DNA of 61,828 nucleotides, taken from assembly GCA_031390045.1 (NCBI GenBank), contig JANMTB010000106.1, positions 1 to 61,828 of the forward strand, read 5' to 3'. Both the position numbers and the translations under genes were made by a program. The notes beneath the pieces are model-generated. The model did not search any database. It was not told the DNA's origin and saw only the letters and a program-made list of their open reading frames with translations. Positions 30,443 to 39,936 of this stretch are shown here, piece after piece (the stretch's first letter is position 1; each line of letters starts with the position of its first letter). This DNA comes from Polaromonas sp. (lineage in GTDB: Bacteria; Pseudomonadota; Gammaproteobacteria; Burkholderiales; Burkholderiaceae_C).

Positions 30443-32171
30443 AAACCTGTTTGGTATAATATTTATAGCATTACAGGCATATATAACGCCGGCTACAGCC
30501 TGTTTTGATGATATTTTTTTAGGTAAATCACTGCAATCACTTCAAAGCAGCTTGCTATATGTTTGGTCACCACGTATGGTGCTGTCTGCCACGCAGGCAC
30601 GACTAGCGGCAGAATCTGCCAAAGCTTTAAATGTGCAGTTTGTCCCTTTGGTCGATGGGCGTATTGCAGCCTCTGAATGGCAATCAGCGCTGCGAACTTT
30701 AGCAACGACGCAGCCGATGGATGCCGAAGTTTTGGCAGCAACCCAAGTGCTTTGTTCCGAAAAATTGATCGAAAAAGATGCTTACACCCACTTTCCGACC
30801 GCTTTTGTCGTGAAAAGTGGGGAAATTCACCCTAATCGACTGATTGGTGCAATGCCAGCTAATTTTTGGCAGCAAGGCATCAACGAGCGTTTGCAAGCTC
30901 GAAAAGATGCCAAAACAGCTGATGTAACTGAAATAGCAGTATCGAATTTGAATCCACAGCAATGCATTCCACAAAATCAATTTATTGCGCTGGATCCGCA
31001 ATTGGCGGGCTTGGACGATGACAATCAAGTGGCATTAGGCGCTTACGAGCGTATCAGCCCTGATGGACGGTATGTGCTGCGCTCTTATTCAGGTAAAAAA
31101 CTGTCAGCGGTGAGCTTGGTGGAGTTGCCTGGGCCTGCGGGATTGACGGCAATCAAGGGCCAAATCAGCCGTCAAAAAATCACTTCAACACCGTTTTCTA
31201 ACGAAGCTTTTCCCGTGCAAGGCAGCTGGCGGTATCTGGTTGATACGAATGGTGATCACTATACTTTTAATAGCATACTAGGCAATAAATACGTCGGTAA
31301 AAACACAATTAAACCACTTTTTTCAGGTGGCATGGATGGCTTTTATGCGGCTGCGGCTGAAGTGGTTGGCGCGTACCCATTGCGGGATAGTAAACCGGTA
31401 CAGATACGCTCACTCAGCTGGCCCAATGCGAATGGCGGTAGTTCAAATACATCAGACCAGCAAGGCATGGGCATGCTGACATCGCGCACACTCTCAGTGA
31501 ATGGCACAGCGAATCAAATCAGCTCTGACACAGGACGTATCAATCACTGCATGGATCGTTTGTCGCAAGATGGTTCTATGTATGCGCTACCGATGATTTC
31601 GGTAGATGGCCAAGAATTTGCCGCCTTGCCGCAAAACCCTATCTCCGGCGTGCCCACCATGCGCATTTTCCGTTTCGGTGCTGATGGCAAGCGGTGCGAG
31701 CCGGTTGGGCAGTTCACTTTGCAGTCTGGCAAGGTGATTTTTGGCTTCTCATCTGCAGCAAAAAAGCATGCTGATGTGGCTTATGAGTACCGTGGGCAGG
31801 TTTGGTGGGTGCAGCGCAATAACAGCGGGAAACCGCAGTTGCCTCTCAATTTAGCACCTTGGGAAGATCCAGCTGTCGCCGGTAATAAAGCCAATCCGGC
31901 TTACAAAGACGTCACTGCCAACGCCTTTCCGGGCTTTACTCGCGATGGCCGCGTCATTTACGCAGCCAATTGGAAGCGTTGTGTGGGCGCAAACATGGGC
32001 AAAGACTGCACACAAGAGGGCGGTTATGTCGTCTCCGACCCTTATCAAAGCAATGCCTACCGTGCTGAGTTGATAAAAAACAGTTCAAAAGCGCCCAAAA
32101 GCTGCATCACAGTACAAGAAGTTGCCAATGAACGGACCGCTTTTGCCGCGTTTCACAGCATTTTGGACTGA
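30429..32171 (+). CDS. hypothetical secreted protein: degenerate thioredoxin-like N-domain plus TolB/PD40-like beta-propeller-like region
   Basis: 580 aa. Signal- or lipoprotein-like N-terminus (..ITPATAC). Trx-fold-like segment without CxxC (LYVWSPRMVLS ... FPTAFVVKSGEI). Repeated xxDGxxx motifs (SPDGRYVL, SQDGSMYAL, FTRDGRVIY). Confidence 0.55.
   Translation: MAIYKNLFGIIFIALQAYITPATACFDDIFLGKSLQSLQSSLLYVWSPRMVLSATQARLAAESAKALNVQFVPLVDGRIAASEWQSALRTLATTQPMDAEVLAATQVLCSEKLIEKDAYTHFPTAFVVKSGEIHPNRLIGAMPANFWQQGINERLQARKDAKTADVTEIAVSNLNPQQCIPQNQFIALDPQLAGLDDDNQVALGAYERISPDGRYVLRSYSGKKLSAVSLVELPGPAGLTAIKGQISRQKITSTPFSNEAFPVQGSWRYLVDTNGDHYTFNSILGNKYVGKNTIKPLFSGGMDGFYAAAAEVVGAYPLRDSKPVQIRSLSWPNANGGSSNTSDQQGMGMLTSRTLSVNGTANQISSDTGRINHCMDRLSQDGSMYALPMISVDGQEFAALPQNPISGVPTMRIFRFGADGKRCEPVGQFTLQSGKVIFGFSSAAKKHADVAYEYRGQVWWVQRNNSGKPQLPLNLAPWEDPAVAGNKANPAYKDVTANAFPGFTRDGRVIYAANWKRCVGANMGKDCTQEGGYVVSDPYQSNAYRAELIKNSSKAPKSCITVQEVANERTAFAAFHSILD
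30451..30500 (-). repeat. copy G of the dispersed repeat (reverse), forming the 5' end of the 30429 ORF
   Basis: TTGGTATAATATTTATAGCATTACAGGCATATATAACGCCGGCTACAGCC is the reverse complement of the family consensus. It translates as FGIIFIALQAYITPATA. Confidence 0.7.
31258..31304 (-). repeat. copy N of the dispersed repeat (reverse), in frame in the middle of the 30429 ORF
   Basis: ACTATACTTTTAATAGCATACTAGGCAATAAATACGTCGGTAAAAAC, translated as FNSILGNKYVGKN. Confidence 0.55.
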
Positions 32172-32233
32172 TTTAGTGATGATTTGTTGGGTTGCTCTTG
32201 AAAACAGCCAAGACGTCGTAAAATAGCTATTGA

Positions 32234-32618
32234 GGGGCTGCACTGGTTTCGACGCGGGTACGGACGCGCAGTGGGGCATGCCGAGCTTGGATCATGCTCG
32301 TTAAATTCGATTCAAAAACTTAACTGCAAACGACGAACGTTTCGCACTCGCTGCTTAATTGCACGTGAGCTCTACAACAGCAGGCCGATGGGCTGGGCAA
32401 GGGTGATTTAGCAATAAATCGTCCAGGCTGTGGAGTCATTTTCATCGGCTGGTTTGAACCTGGGCACCTTAGGTTTGAACGAGACAATAGGGCGCTGGCG
32501 GACTTTGTAGCGTGCTCCTGCGCGACAAGGCGAGTGAGATACAAATCAGACGGCTAAGCATGTAGATCTACGCGAAAAAGTCTTGTGGACGCGGGTTCAA
32601 ATCCCGCCAGCTCCACCA
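32234..32618 (+). ncRNA. ssrA: tmRNA (SsrA)
   Basis: 5' GGGGCTGCACTGGTTTCGACG. Tag reading frame at 32326..32358 is GCAAACGACGAACGTTTCGCACTCGCTGCTTAA (ANDERFALAA stop). tRNA-like 3' end is GGACGCGGGTTCAAATCCCGCCAGCTCCACCA. Confidence 0.93.
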
Positions 32619-32636
32619 TTTATATGGTAAATATCG

Positions 32637-32687
32637 CTCTAACCGGCATATTTATTGCCTATATAGCTATAAAAAATATAGCATATT
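32637..32687 (+). repeat. copy H of the dispersed repeat, 19 nt after the tmRNA 3' end
   Basis: CTCTAACCGGCATATTTATTGCCTATATAGCTAT-AAAAAAT-ATAGCATATT. Confidence 0.75.
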
Positions 32688-32705
32688 ATCACTATATTTT
32701 TTATC

Positions 32706-33371
32706 ATGACACAAACCCTTTCCATCGTGATGCTAGGGGCCAGCGGTGCAGTAGGCGGCGTTGCTGCACTAGCGCTCAGCCAATTGCCCGAAATCAAACA
32801 GCTAACGTTGCTCAATCGAAAAGAACTTCCAGCACTTTTATTACCGAAGGTGATACAACTCATCCGTGATGTCACTGACCCTAAAGATTATTCGCAGTTT
32901 CTAAGCGGTCACCAAGTGGCCATATGTTGCCTAGGCGTGGGGCAACCTTCTAAAGTTAGCAAAGTAGAGTTTGTCAAAATTGACAAAACAGCTGCACTCG
33001 CTTTTGCAACTGCCTGCAAGCAAGCGGGTGTGCGGCATTTTCAGCTGCTTAGCGCTGTGGGCGCCGATGCAAAATCGAACAGCCATTACCTGCAAACCAA
33101 AGGCGAGCTGCAAGATGCCATCATTGCCTTGGGTTTTGAGCGGACGAGCTTCTTTCAGCCTTCCATGATTTTGACGCCGACCAACCGCTATGGTTTCTCT
33201 CAAGGCGTCATGCTAGCGGTGTGGCCATCGCTGTCGGCGGTATTGCAAGGTGGTTTGCGTAAATACCGTGGCATCAATGTCGCGACACTTGGTTGCGCTA
33301 TCGCTAAAAACGTTATCACAGCCGGACAAGGTCTAGAAATCTTGCGTTGGGATCAAATAAACAGCCTATAG
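32706..33371 (+). CDS. NAD(P)H-binding Rossmann-fold protein (atypical SDR / HTATIP2-like)
   Basis: 221 aa. N-terminal VMLGASGAVGG dinucleotide-binding motif. The last codons and the stop lie in repeat copy I. Confidence 0.7.
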   Translation: MTQTLSIVMLGASGAVGGVAALALSQLPEIKQLTLLNRKELPALLLPKVIQLIRDVTDPKDYSQFLSGHQVAICCLGVGQPSKVSKVEFVKIDKTAALAFATACKQAGVRHFQLLSAVGADAKSNSHYLQTKGELQDAIIALGFERTSFFQPSMILTPTNRYGFSQGVMLAVWPSLSAVLQGGLRKYRGINVATLGCAIAKNVITAGQGLEILRWDQINSL

Positions 33372-33416
33372 CCGGCGTATTTATTGCCTAAGCAGCTATT
33401 ATAAATATAGCTATTT
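33365..33416 (+). repeat. copy I of the dispersed repeat (near-consensus)
   Basis: CCTATAGCCGGCGTATTTATTGCCTAAGCAGCTAT-TATAAAT-ATAGCTATTT. Confidence 0.9.
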
Positions 33417-33460
33417 AGGCGTTTAAAACACTGAATTACAACGCTGCATTAATACCTACA

Positions 33461-35071
33461 TTAATACGCTGCAATCACACCATCACTGCGAGGATCTGCC
33501 GCACCAAGGTACAAACCGTCTGGTTGCCGAACGATGGCTCCCGCATGGCCCATGGTGTCACTGTAGTCTGGGTAGATCTCTACGTCATGTCCTGCATCGC
33601 GCAATTGCTGCATCGCAGCTGGGGCGAAGCGGTTTTCAAATTTAAGCGTGGTGGTGTTTTGCCCCCAAGTTTTTCCCAACAACCAGCGTGGTGCGGAAAC
33701 GGCTGTTTGCAGCGTTTGCCCAAAAAAAGCGTAACGACTGAAAATAGCCGATTGGCTTTGCGGCTGTCCATCGCCGCCCATGTTGCCGTAAACCATGTGG
33801 CGGCCATCGTCAAAACGGGCGTGGGCGGGGTTGAGAGTGTGGAAAGGCTTTTTGAACGGCTCAAGAGCTAGGTGTGATGTGGGGTCGAGCAAGAAGCTAG
33901 AGCCTCGGTTTTGCCACGCAATGCCCGTGTCTGAGAGAACGACACCAGAGCCAAACTCCCAATAAACGCTTTGGATATAGCTGACCATACGGCCGCTGCT
34001 GTCGGCAGTTCCCATCCAAATGGTGTCGCCATGGATGGTTTTTTCAGGCCAAGGCAGAGCTTTTTCCATGTCTACGGCTTCTACGCATTGGTCGATGAAG
34101 GCATCGCTCAAGAACTGATCTGGAGAGACGCCATTGGCCGCCATCGTTTTAGGGTCAGCCACGTGGCGATTGCGTACTTTGAAAGCTTGCTTGGTGGCTT
34201 CAACGAGCGCATGTAAATATTCAAAACCTTCTGCTTCTTTGATGTTGTGGCGAAGTCGCAATTTGTCAAAAATCGCCAAAATCATCAGGGAAGCTATTCC
34301 CTGAGTGGGTGGCGTCATGTTGTAAAGCGTAGCACCAGTAACTTTAACGGATAGCGGTTTGACGCTGTTGGCACGGTGGGCATGCAAATCACTCAAACGT
34401 AATGGGCTACCAATGCGTTCGTGCTCAGCAGCTATTTTTTCAGCAATGCTGCCTCGGTAAAAATCGTCCAAACCTTTCTCAGCCAAGGTTTGCAAGGTAT
34501 TGCCAAGCGCGGGGTACGTACGCAAGGTATTGACGGTGGGCACGTCTTTGCCGTTTAAGAACTGAGTTGCAAAACCGGGTTGATGGCCTAATTCGGGTAA
34601 AAACTTAGTCGTGAAATTGACTTGGCTTTGTGTGACTGGCGCGCCATTTTTGGCGTACCAAATCGCGTCTTGCAGCAAACGAGAAACGGGTAATTTGCCA
34701 CCCAATCGGGTTGAATGAGTTAGCGCCTCTTGCCAACCTGAAATCGCACCAGCGACAGTGTTGGCCGCCAAGGGGCCGCGGCCTGGAATCGCAGCTAATC
34801 CTTTGCTTTTGTAAAAATCAATCGTTGCTAGGCCAGCAGCGCGTCCGCATGCATCAATAGCAATGGGCTGTTGGCCAGGCTCAGAAATAATCCAAAACCC
34901 GTCACCACCAATCGAATTCATGTGGGGGTAAACAACGGGAATAGTAGCTGCAGCGGCGACCATCGCTTCGATAGCGTTGCCGCCATCACGTAAAACTTGT
35001 GAGGCGCTGTTTGCTGCAAGGTGGTGTGGCGCAGTGACCATGCCGCGCGGAGATGTGAGAGTTTGATGCAT
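33461..35071 (-). CDS. gamma-glutamyltransferase-family Ntn hydrolase without signal peptide (candidate HpxW-like oxamate amidohydrolase)
   Basis: 536 aa. GGT-family pattern (GGNAIEAMVAA, SIGGDGFW, autoprocessing-type T in PPTQGI). Cytoplasmic-type N-terminus. The functional call is contextual. Confidence 0.8.
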   Translation of the reverse strand: MHQTLTSPRGMVTAPHHLAANSASQVLRDGGNAIEAMVAAAATIPVVYPHMNSIGGDGFWIISEPGQQPIAIDACGRAAGLATIDFYKSKGLAAIPGRGPLAANTVAGAISGWQEALTHSTRLGGKLPVSRLLQDAIWYAKNGAPVTQSQVNFTTKFLPELGHQPGFATQFLNGKDVPTVNTLRTYPALGNTLQTLAEKGLDDFYRGSIAEKIAAEHERIGSPLRLSDLHAHRANSVKPLSVKVTGATLYNMTPPTQGIASLMILAIFDKLRLRHNIKEAEGFEYLHALVEATKQAFKVRNRHVADPKTMAANGVSPDQFLSDAFIDQCVEAVDMEKALPWPEKTIHGDTIWMGTADSSGRMVSYIQSVYWEFGSGVVLSDTGIAWQNRGSSFLLDPTSHLALEPFKKPFHTLNPAHARFDDGRHMVYGNMGGDGQPQSQSAIFSRYAFFGQTLQTAVSAPRWLLGKTWGQNTTTLKFENRFAPAAMQQLRDAGHDVEIYPDYSDTMGHAGAIVRQPDGLYLGAADPRSDGVIAAY

Positions 35072-35093
35072 TCGATTGACTTTTGGTTTTGGG

Positions 35094-36545
35094 TTAGTTT
35101 TTTAAGAATTTAGCAGCTATTGCGCTGAGCGCTTTGACATACGCATCCATCGGCACCCGCACCACACCAGCGCCAATTTGCCCAATACCAGCTTCTTTGT
35201 GCGCAATACCTGTGGTCACGAGCGGGCGAATACCCGTATCAACCACCTTGCGCACATCAATACCGCAAGGTGCGCCTGCAAAATCTAGTGCTGGCAAACT
35301 CAGTGCAGGATTTTTGGTGACAGTGATTTCGTACATTTCTTTGCTGTAGCGCACCGCATCGCTCACTGTGCCGCCAGCCAAGAGCGTCAGCGCTGGCGAT
35401 GCTGCAAACGAGCAACCACCAAAACCAGCGGTTTCGGTGATGGCACTGTCGCCAATATCAGGGCAAGCGTCTTCTTGTTTGAAACCAGGGAAAAATAAGC
35501 CGGTAGGTAAGTCGGATTTGGCGGTGAACCACTCTTTGCCCATGCCACTGACGCGTAAACCTGTTTCAGTGCCGTTTCGCGCCATGGCGGTGACGACGGT
35601 ACTGAACGGAATGTTGTGTGCGGCATCCATGATGGCTTTGCATGACACCATGGAGAAATTTAAGAAAAACTGCGAGTTTTTCGATAGAAAATCTAAAGTT
35701 TGGCGAATATGATCTTGTTGCACACTCGTTTTGGTCATGTCCAAGCCCGCCAAAGGCACAGCGAGTTGCATGAAAAAAAGTGACGTGCTAGCTGCGTTGC
35801 GACTGTGCACCTCATCCCCCATCAGCAGCGCTTGCGATTGAATAGCTTTGAGGTCAATGCCTCCTGTTTTATCGAAGTTATGACGTACAGCCGCTTTTAA
35901 AACAGGTGCTAAAACTGATTCAAACCATTTGAGTTTTTGAATCACATCAGGTCCATTCGCACCAAAGCGCAAGCAACGGCCAATGCCTTCATTGATATTG
36001 GTGTAAGAAATGTTGCCATTACTCGCCTCACGCACTTTGATGAGCGGCATGGATGCGCTGATGATGCCTGTCATCGGGCCCACAGCGTCAAAATCATGGC
36101 ATTGGGCGAATTCGATCTCACTTTTTTCAAGCATCGTCTGTGCTTTTTCGGGCGTATCAGTCCAACCTTCGTACAACACCGCACCAATCATCGCACCTTG
36201 CATGGGGCCGCACATGTCATGCCATGCTACGGGTGGTCCTGCGTGCAAGAGCACACGCGTGTTTTTCAACTCGTGCCATACGCCGTCTGCACGCAAGGGT
36301 ATGTCTTCCCACATCGGCCTTGCGTTGATGATGCGTTTGGTCGCTTCTGCATTGGCACTTTCAATGCGTGGGTCATGCATCAATTGCGCTAATTGCCAGG
36401 CCACTAAAGGGACAGAATTGCCTGGGGGTTGCCATTGCAGATTAGTTAATACTCCGCCATTCGAAGTGACGCTTTGGTTGAAGCCGTCAATGCCGATGTT
36501 GATAACGGATGGGGCTTGTGTTAATAAATTATTCGATATTTGCAT
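35094..36545 (-). CDS. DUF1116 protein (YlbE/AllG-like)
   Basis: 483 aa, placed between the DUF2877 and GGT-like genes in an fdrA-type operon. Family assigned from context and general similarity. Confidence 0.7.
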   Translation of the reverse strand: MQISNNLLTQAPSVINIGIDGFNQSVTSNGGVLTNLQWQPPGNSVPLVAWQLAQLMHDPRIESANAEATKRIINARPMWEDIPLRADGVWHELKNTRVLLHAGPPVAWHDMCGPMQGAMIGAVLYEGWTDTPEKAQTMLEKSEIEFAQCHDFDAVGPMTGIISASMPLIKVREASNGNISYTNINEGIGRCLRFGANGPDVIQKLKWFESVLAPVLKAAVRHNFDKTGGIDLKAIQSQALLMGDEVHSRNAASTSLFFMQLAVPLAGLDMTKTSVQQDHIRQTLDFLSKNSQFFLNFSMVSCKAIMDAAHNIPFSTVVTAMARNGTETGLRVSGMGKEWFTAKSDLPTGLFFPGFKQEDACPDIGDSAITETAGFGGCSFAASPALTLLAGGTVSDAVRYSKEMYEITVTKNPALSLPALDFAGAPCGIDVRKVVDTGIRPLVTTGIAHKEAGIGQIGAGVVRVPMDAYVKALSAIAAKFLKN

Positions 36546-36574
36546 AATTTGAGTTTTCTAAATGCTTGAGGTAT

Positions 36575-37315
36575 TTATTGATTTAGCGATTGATTTTGAG
36601 TTGTGAGTGCGAGCAGTAGTCCTGCCAACATGTCAGCACCAGAGCTTGCACCAATAGTTAAAAGTTTTTGGCAAGACCTTTCAATTTCTACACTATTTTT
36701 AGAGTTTAATGCGATCAAAACGTCATGCAATGTGCTATAGCTACAGCCAGCCATCAAGTCGTCGAGCAGGGCAGCGCTGATAACGTTGGTTGATTCTTTT
36801 GCGGCGTTATGAATTTGCATCTTCGCCGCTGGCAATCTTTCAATCCAAGCTTGGCGTGGCGAATGCGCTAGTGCAAAAAAAATGCCGCCAATGAAATCAT
36901 CGCCGCTGGGTGTCAGACCGTTACCTAAACCTATGACGCGCAAAGCTGCAGATGTAAACGCATGCAAATCGTTAGCAATAAGCGCATGTTTGATCGCATC
37001 AAAACGCGCTGAGTTGAGATTCATGGGGAATGGCATTTCATTGTTTTGCATCCAAAGCAACAATCCCTTGGTTTTAATTGCAAGTGGATGGTTTGAATTA
37101 AGAAGGGTTTTGCAAATCAATGCGCCTTCAAACAAGCTATCGGCTTTGAATGAGACTGTTTCCGGTAGCCACATGGAAAACGCGTTGCGCGGGTGATCAG
37201 TCGAGGCTTGTTTACCTGCCCAAACAATATCGCCATCCAAATAGGCGTAGTCTGTTCCCTCGAAGCCGGGGATTTTTTGCATGCCATCAGTCCTCATGGT
37301 GGTAGCGGCGGTCAC
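36575..37315 (-). CDS. DUF2877 protein (YlbF/AllH-like)
   Basis: 246 aa with GLGNGLTPSGDDFIGG and GASSGADML motifs. Overlaps the carbamate kinase stop by 4 nt. Confidence 0.6.
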   Translation of the reverse strand: MTAATTMRTDGMQKIPGFEGTDYAYLDGDIVWAGKQASTDHPRNAFSMWLPETVSFKADSLFEGALICKTLLNSNHPLAIKTKGLLLWMQNNEMPFPMNLNSARFDAIKHALIANDLHAFTSAALRVIGLGNGLTPSGDDFIGGIFFALAHSPRQAWIERLPAAKMQIHNAAKESTNVISAALLDDLMAGCSYSTLHDVLIALNSKNSVEIERSCQKLLTIGASSGADMLAGLLLALTTQNQSLNQ

Positions 37316-38352
37316 AGGGCTTTAGGTCCTAATGTGATATGCGTACCAGCGCGTCCCATCAGAGCATCAAATGCCTTTTCTAGCGATGTGATAATGACAA
37401 CGCCATCTGCGTTAGCTTCCGGCGACTCTTCTAAAAACGTGATGGCTGACTCAATTTTTGGCCCCATGCTGCCCGCAGGAAATTGGCCTTCTTTTGAATA
37501 TTGGCGCGCTTCAGCCAGAGTCATATGATCCAGCCAGCGTTGTGTTGGTTTGTTAAAATCCAGCGCTACTTTTTCCACGCCTGTAAGCATGATCAAGGCA
37601 TCGGCATGCAAATGCGCTGCTAGCATCGCACTGGTCAAGTCTTTATCAATCACAGCTGCCACACCTTTTAAGTGACCTTCTGGCGTAACAACTACTGGCA
37701 CACCGCCACCGCCGCAGGCAATGGGTATCACGCCGGCTTCAAGCAAAGCGTCAATGGTTGGTAGGTCTAAAATTTTCTTAGGCTTTGGACTGGCCACGAT
37801 TCGCCGCCAACCACGGCCCGAATCTTCAGCAAACAACCAGCCGGAGGATTTGGCTAGCTTTTTAGCATCTGCTTCTTTGAAGAATTTACCGACAGGTTTT
37901 GTCGGGTTTTGAAAAGCAGGGTCGTTTGGATCAACCTCGACTTCTGTGATCACGCAGGAGACGACCGCGTTCATGCCGTGGTCGTGCAACACATTGGCAA
38001 AACTCTGCTGCAACATATAGCCCATGCCACCCTGTGAATGGGCGACGCATACGTCCATGGGCATAGGCGGCAACTCGTCTGCCGTTTTTGCCATGCGGTA
38101 CAAAATATTACCTACAACTGGGCCATTGCCATGTGTCAAAACAAGCTGCCAACCCGCTTTGATGATCTCCACAAAATGAACGCATACTTCGCGCATTAAT
38201 TCCAACTGCTCTACGGCCGTCCCAGTGATGGTGGGCGGGTAAGCTGCATTGCCACCAAGTGCCACGACCACGCGTTTAAGCTTGCTTTTTTGCACGTGCT
38301 TGACCATGCGCTTTGGCTTTGCAATCCCCGCCGATGCTGTTGTGTATGTCAT
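37312..38352 (-). CDS. carbamate kinase
   Basis: 346 aa. VVALGGNA, THGNGPVVG and a C-terminal amino-acid-kinase fold pattern. Confidence 0.85.
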   Translation of the reverse strand: MTYTTASAGIAKPKRMVKHVQKSKLKRVVVALGGNAAYPPTITGTAVEQLELMREVCVHFVEIIKAGWQLVLTHGNGPVVGNILYRMAKTADELPPMPMDVCVAHSQGGMGYMLQQSFANVLHDHGMNAVVSCVITEVEVDPNDPAFQNPTKPVGKFFKEADAKKLAKSSGWLFAEDSGRGWRRIVASPKPKKILDLPTIDALLEAGVIPIACGGGGVPVVVTPEGHLKGVAAVIDKDLTSAMLAAHLHADALIMLTGVEKVALDFNKPTQRWLDHMTLAEARQYSKEGQFPAGSMGPKIESAITFLEESPEANADGVVIITSLEKAFDALMGRAGTHITLGPKAL

Positions 38353-38356
38353 ACCC

Positions 38357-39907
38357 TTATTTCACCCACTGCGCAGCTAACCAGGCCGCATTGGCGCTAT
38401 TACTTGTTAGTACCATACCAGCAGATCGCAAAATTGTTTCTTGTTTTGCCAACACTTGTGGATCAAGTTCCGTACCACACACAAAACCGACGATGGCTAG
38501 CTTCCTATTGCCCTTAGTCGCGATTTTCTTAGCTTGTTCTATCGCTTTTGCCAGTTCCGTTGCTGGGTCTGCGTGTGCGCCCCAGCCGATCACCACATCC
38601 ATCAAGATGACGCGAACGCTAGGGTCGGCAGCTTCTTTGAGCAAGCGGTCGATACGGGTCGTTTGGTCAATCATGGGGTGTGGTCTGCCCACGGTAAAGT
38701 CGTCATCGCCTAAATCCAATGCCGTGTGTTCTTTGCTCTCTTTCAACGGGTTACTCAACGTCATGTCTTTGTTTGTCGGGACGTTAGACCAAGCGCGCAA
38801 ACCTGACTGCGCCCAAATGATTTGTGCCTCAGCAGCATATGTACCGCCCGAAAACAAAGCGCGTAAATACTTTTGCGTTTTGTTAAACAAGGGTTTTCGT
38901 GGTATCGCGTAAATCTGAGATGCTGTCTTTTTAACGCCAGACATTTTCACTGCCACAGCCGCGCAATCCACCAAAGTGCTGACGATGTGGATACGCTTGG
39001 CTGGCGATTTGATGCTGCTGCCCAAAAACACGACAACTGCTGGTTTACCAGCAGCCACCAAAGCGGCCAAGACTTTATCGGTCACTTCAGCTGCTGGCGG
39101 TTTTGAAACTATAGCGATGACTTTGGTTGACGCATCGACTGCCAGCAAAGCGATACCTTGCAGCATGGTGATGCCACCCACGTCAGCATAAACATCGCGC
39201 CCGCCAGTGCCAATCGCATGGCTGATGCCGCCGCCCATCCGGTGAATCTGCGTCGTTACTTCTTGCAAACCCGTACCTGAAGCTGCGACGATGCCGATCG
39301 CGCCACGGCGCACAGTGTTGGCAAAGCCTAAAGGTACACCGCCGATGATGGCCGTACCGCAATCTGGCCCCATGACCAACACACCGCGCTTTTGCGCTTC
39401 TTGTTTGATGGTTATTTCTTGCGCCAATGGCACGTTATCGCTAAACATGAACACATTTAAACCACTTTTGACTGCTTTCAATGCTTCTGCAGCAGCGTAG
39501 ATGCCAGGAACTGAGATTTGCGCAATATTCGCCGTTTGCATTGCCGCCAAGCCCATGCCGAGGGTTCGAGCAGCAACGGCCTGGTTGGCATTATCGGAAT
39601 CATGGGATGCCGTGGATCTTCCCGCTAAATCGCTCAATGATTCAGCTACAGCCGCATCACAAGCGGCTTGCGTTTTCGCTTGAACCACCACCATGATGTC
39701 ACTCGGGCCTGCGGTACTGATGCTCATAACCAACAAACCAGCTTCTTGCAAAATCTCCTTGTTCGCGGGGTTGCCCATCTGCAGCGTGGCATTGACGACT
39801 TCCGGTATTGCCAATAAACGTTGCGCAACCCGCATCAAGGCTACGGAGTCTTTGTAGAGGTTGTGATGGACGAAAGCCGATGTGAATAAAGATGTATGAC
39901 TAGCCAT
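38357..39907 (-). CDS. fdrA: FdrA-family acyl-CoA synthetase-like protein (AllF-like)
   Basis: 516 aa. FdrA-like N-terminus (YKDSVALMRV..., MGNPANKEIL) and CoA-ligase/succinyl-CoA-synthetase-like Gly-rich repeats. Confidence 0.8.
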   Translation of the reverse strand: MASHTSLFTSAFVHHNLYKDSVALMRVAQRLLAIPEVVNATLQMGNPANKEILQEAGLLVMSISTAGPSDIMVVVQAKTQAACDAAVAESLSDLAGRSTASHDSDNANQAVAARTLGMGLAAMQTANIAQISVPGIYAAAEALKAVKSGLNVFMFSDNVPLAQEITIKQEAQKRGVLVMGPDCGTAIIGGVPLGFANTVRRGAIGIVAASGTGLQEVTTQIHRMGGGISHAIGTGGRDVYADVGGITMLQGIALLAVDASTKVIAIVSKPPAAEVTDKVLAALVAAGKPAVVVFLGSSIKSPAKRIHIVSTLVDCAAVAVKMSGVKKTASQIYAIPRKPLFNKTQKYLRALFSGGTYAAEAQIIWAQSGLRAWSNVPTNKDMTLSNPLKESKEHTALDLGDDDFTVGRPHPMIDQTTRIDRLLKEAADPSVRVILMDVVIGWGAHADPATELAKAIEQAKKIATKGNRKLAIVGFVCGTELDPQVLAKQETILRSAGMVLTSNSANAAWLAAQWVK

Positions 39908-39936
39908 AGATTCTCAAAAGTGTATACAATTTAGCG

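Noticed and set aside
32619-33460. Genomic island integrated at the tmRNA gene.
   Set aside because: There is no integrase, phage or transfer genes. I found no visible duplication of the ssrA 3' end downstream. Only one small gene lies before conserved metabolic genes. The weaker repeat-flanked observation is kept as a finding instead.
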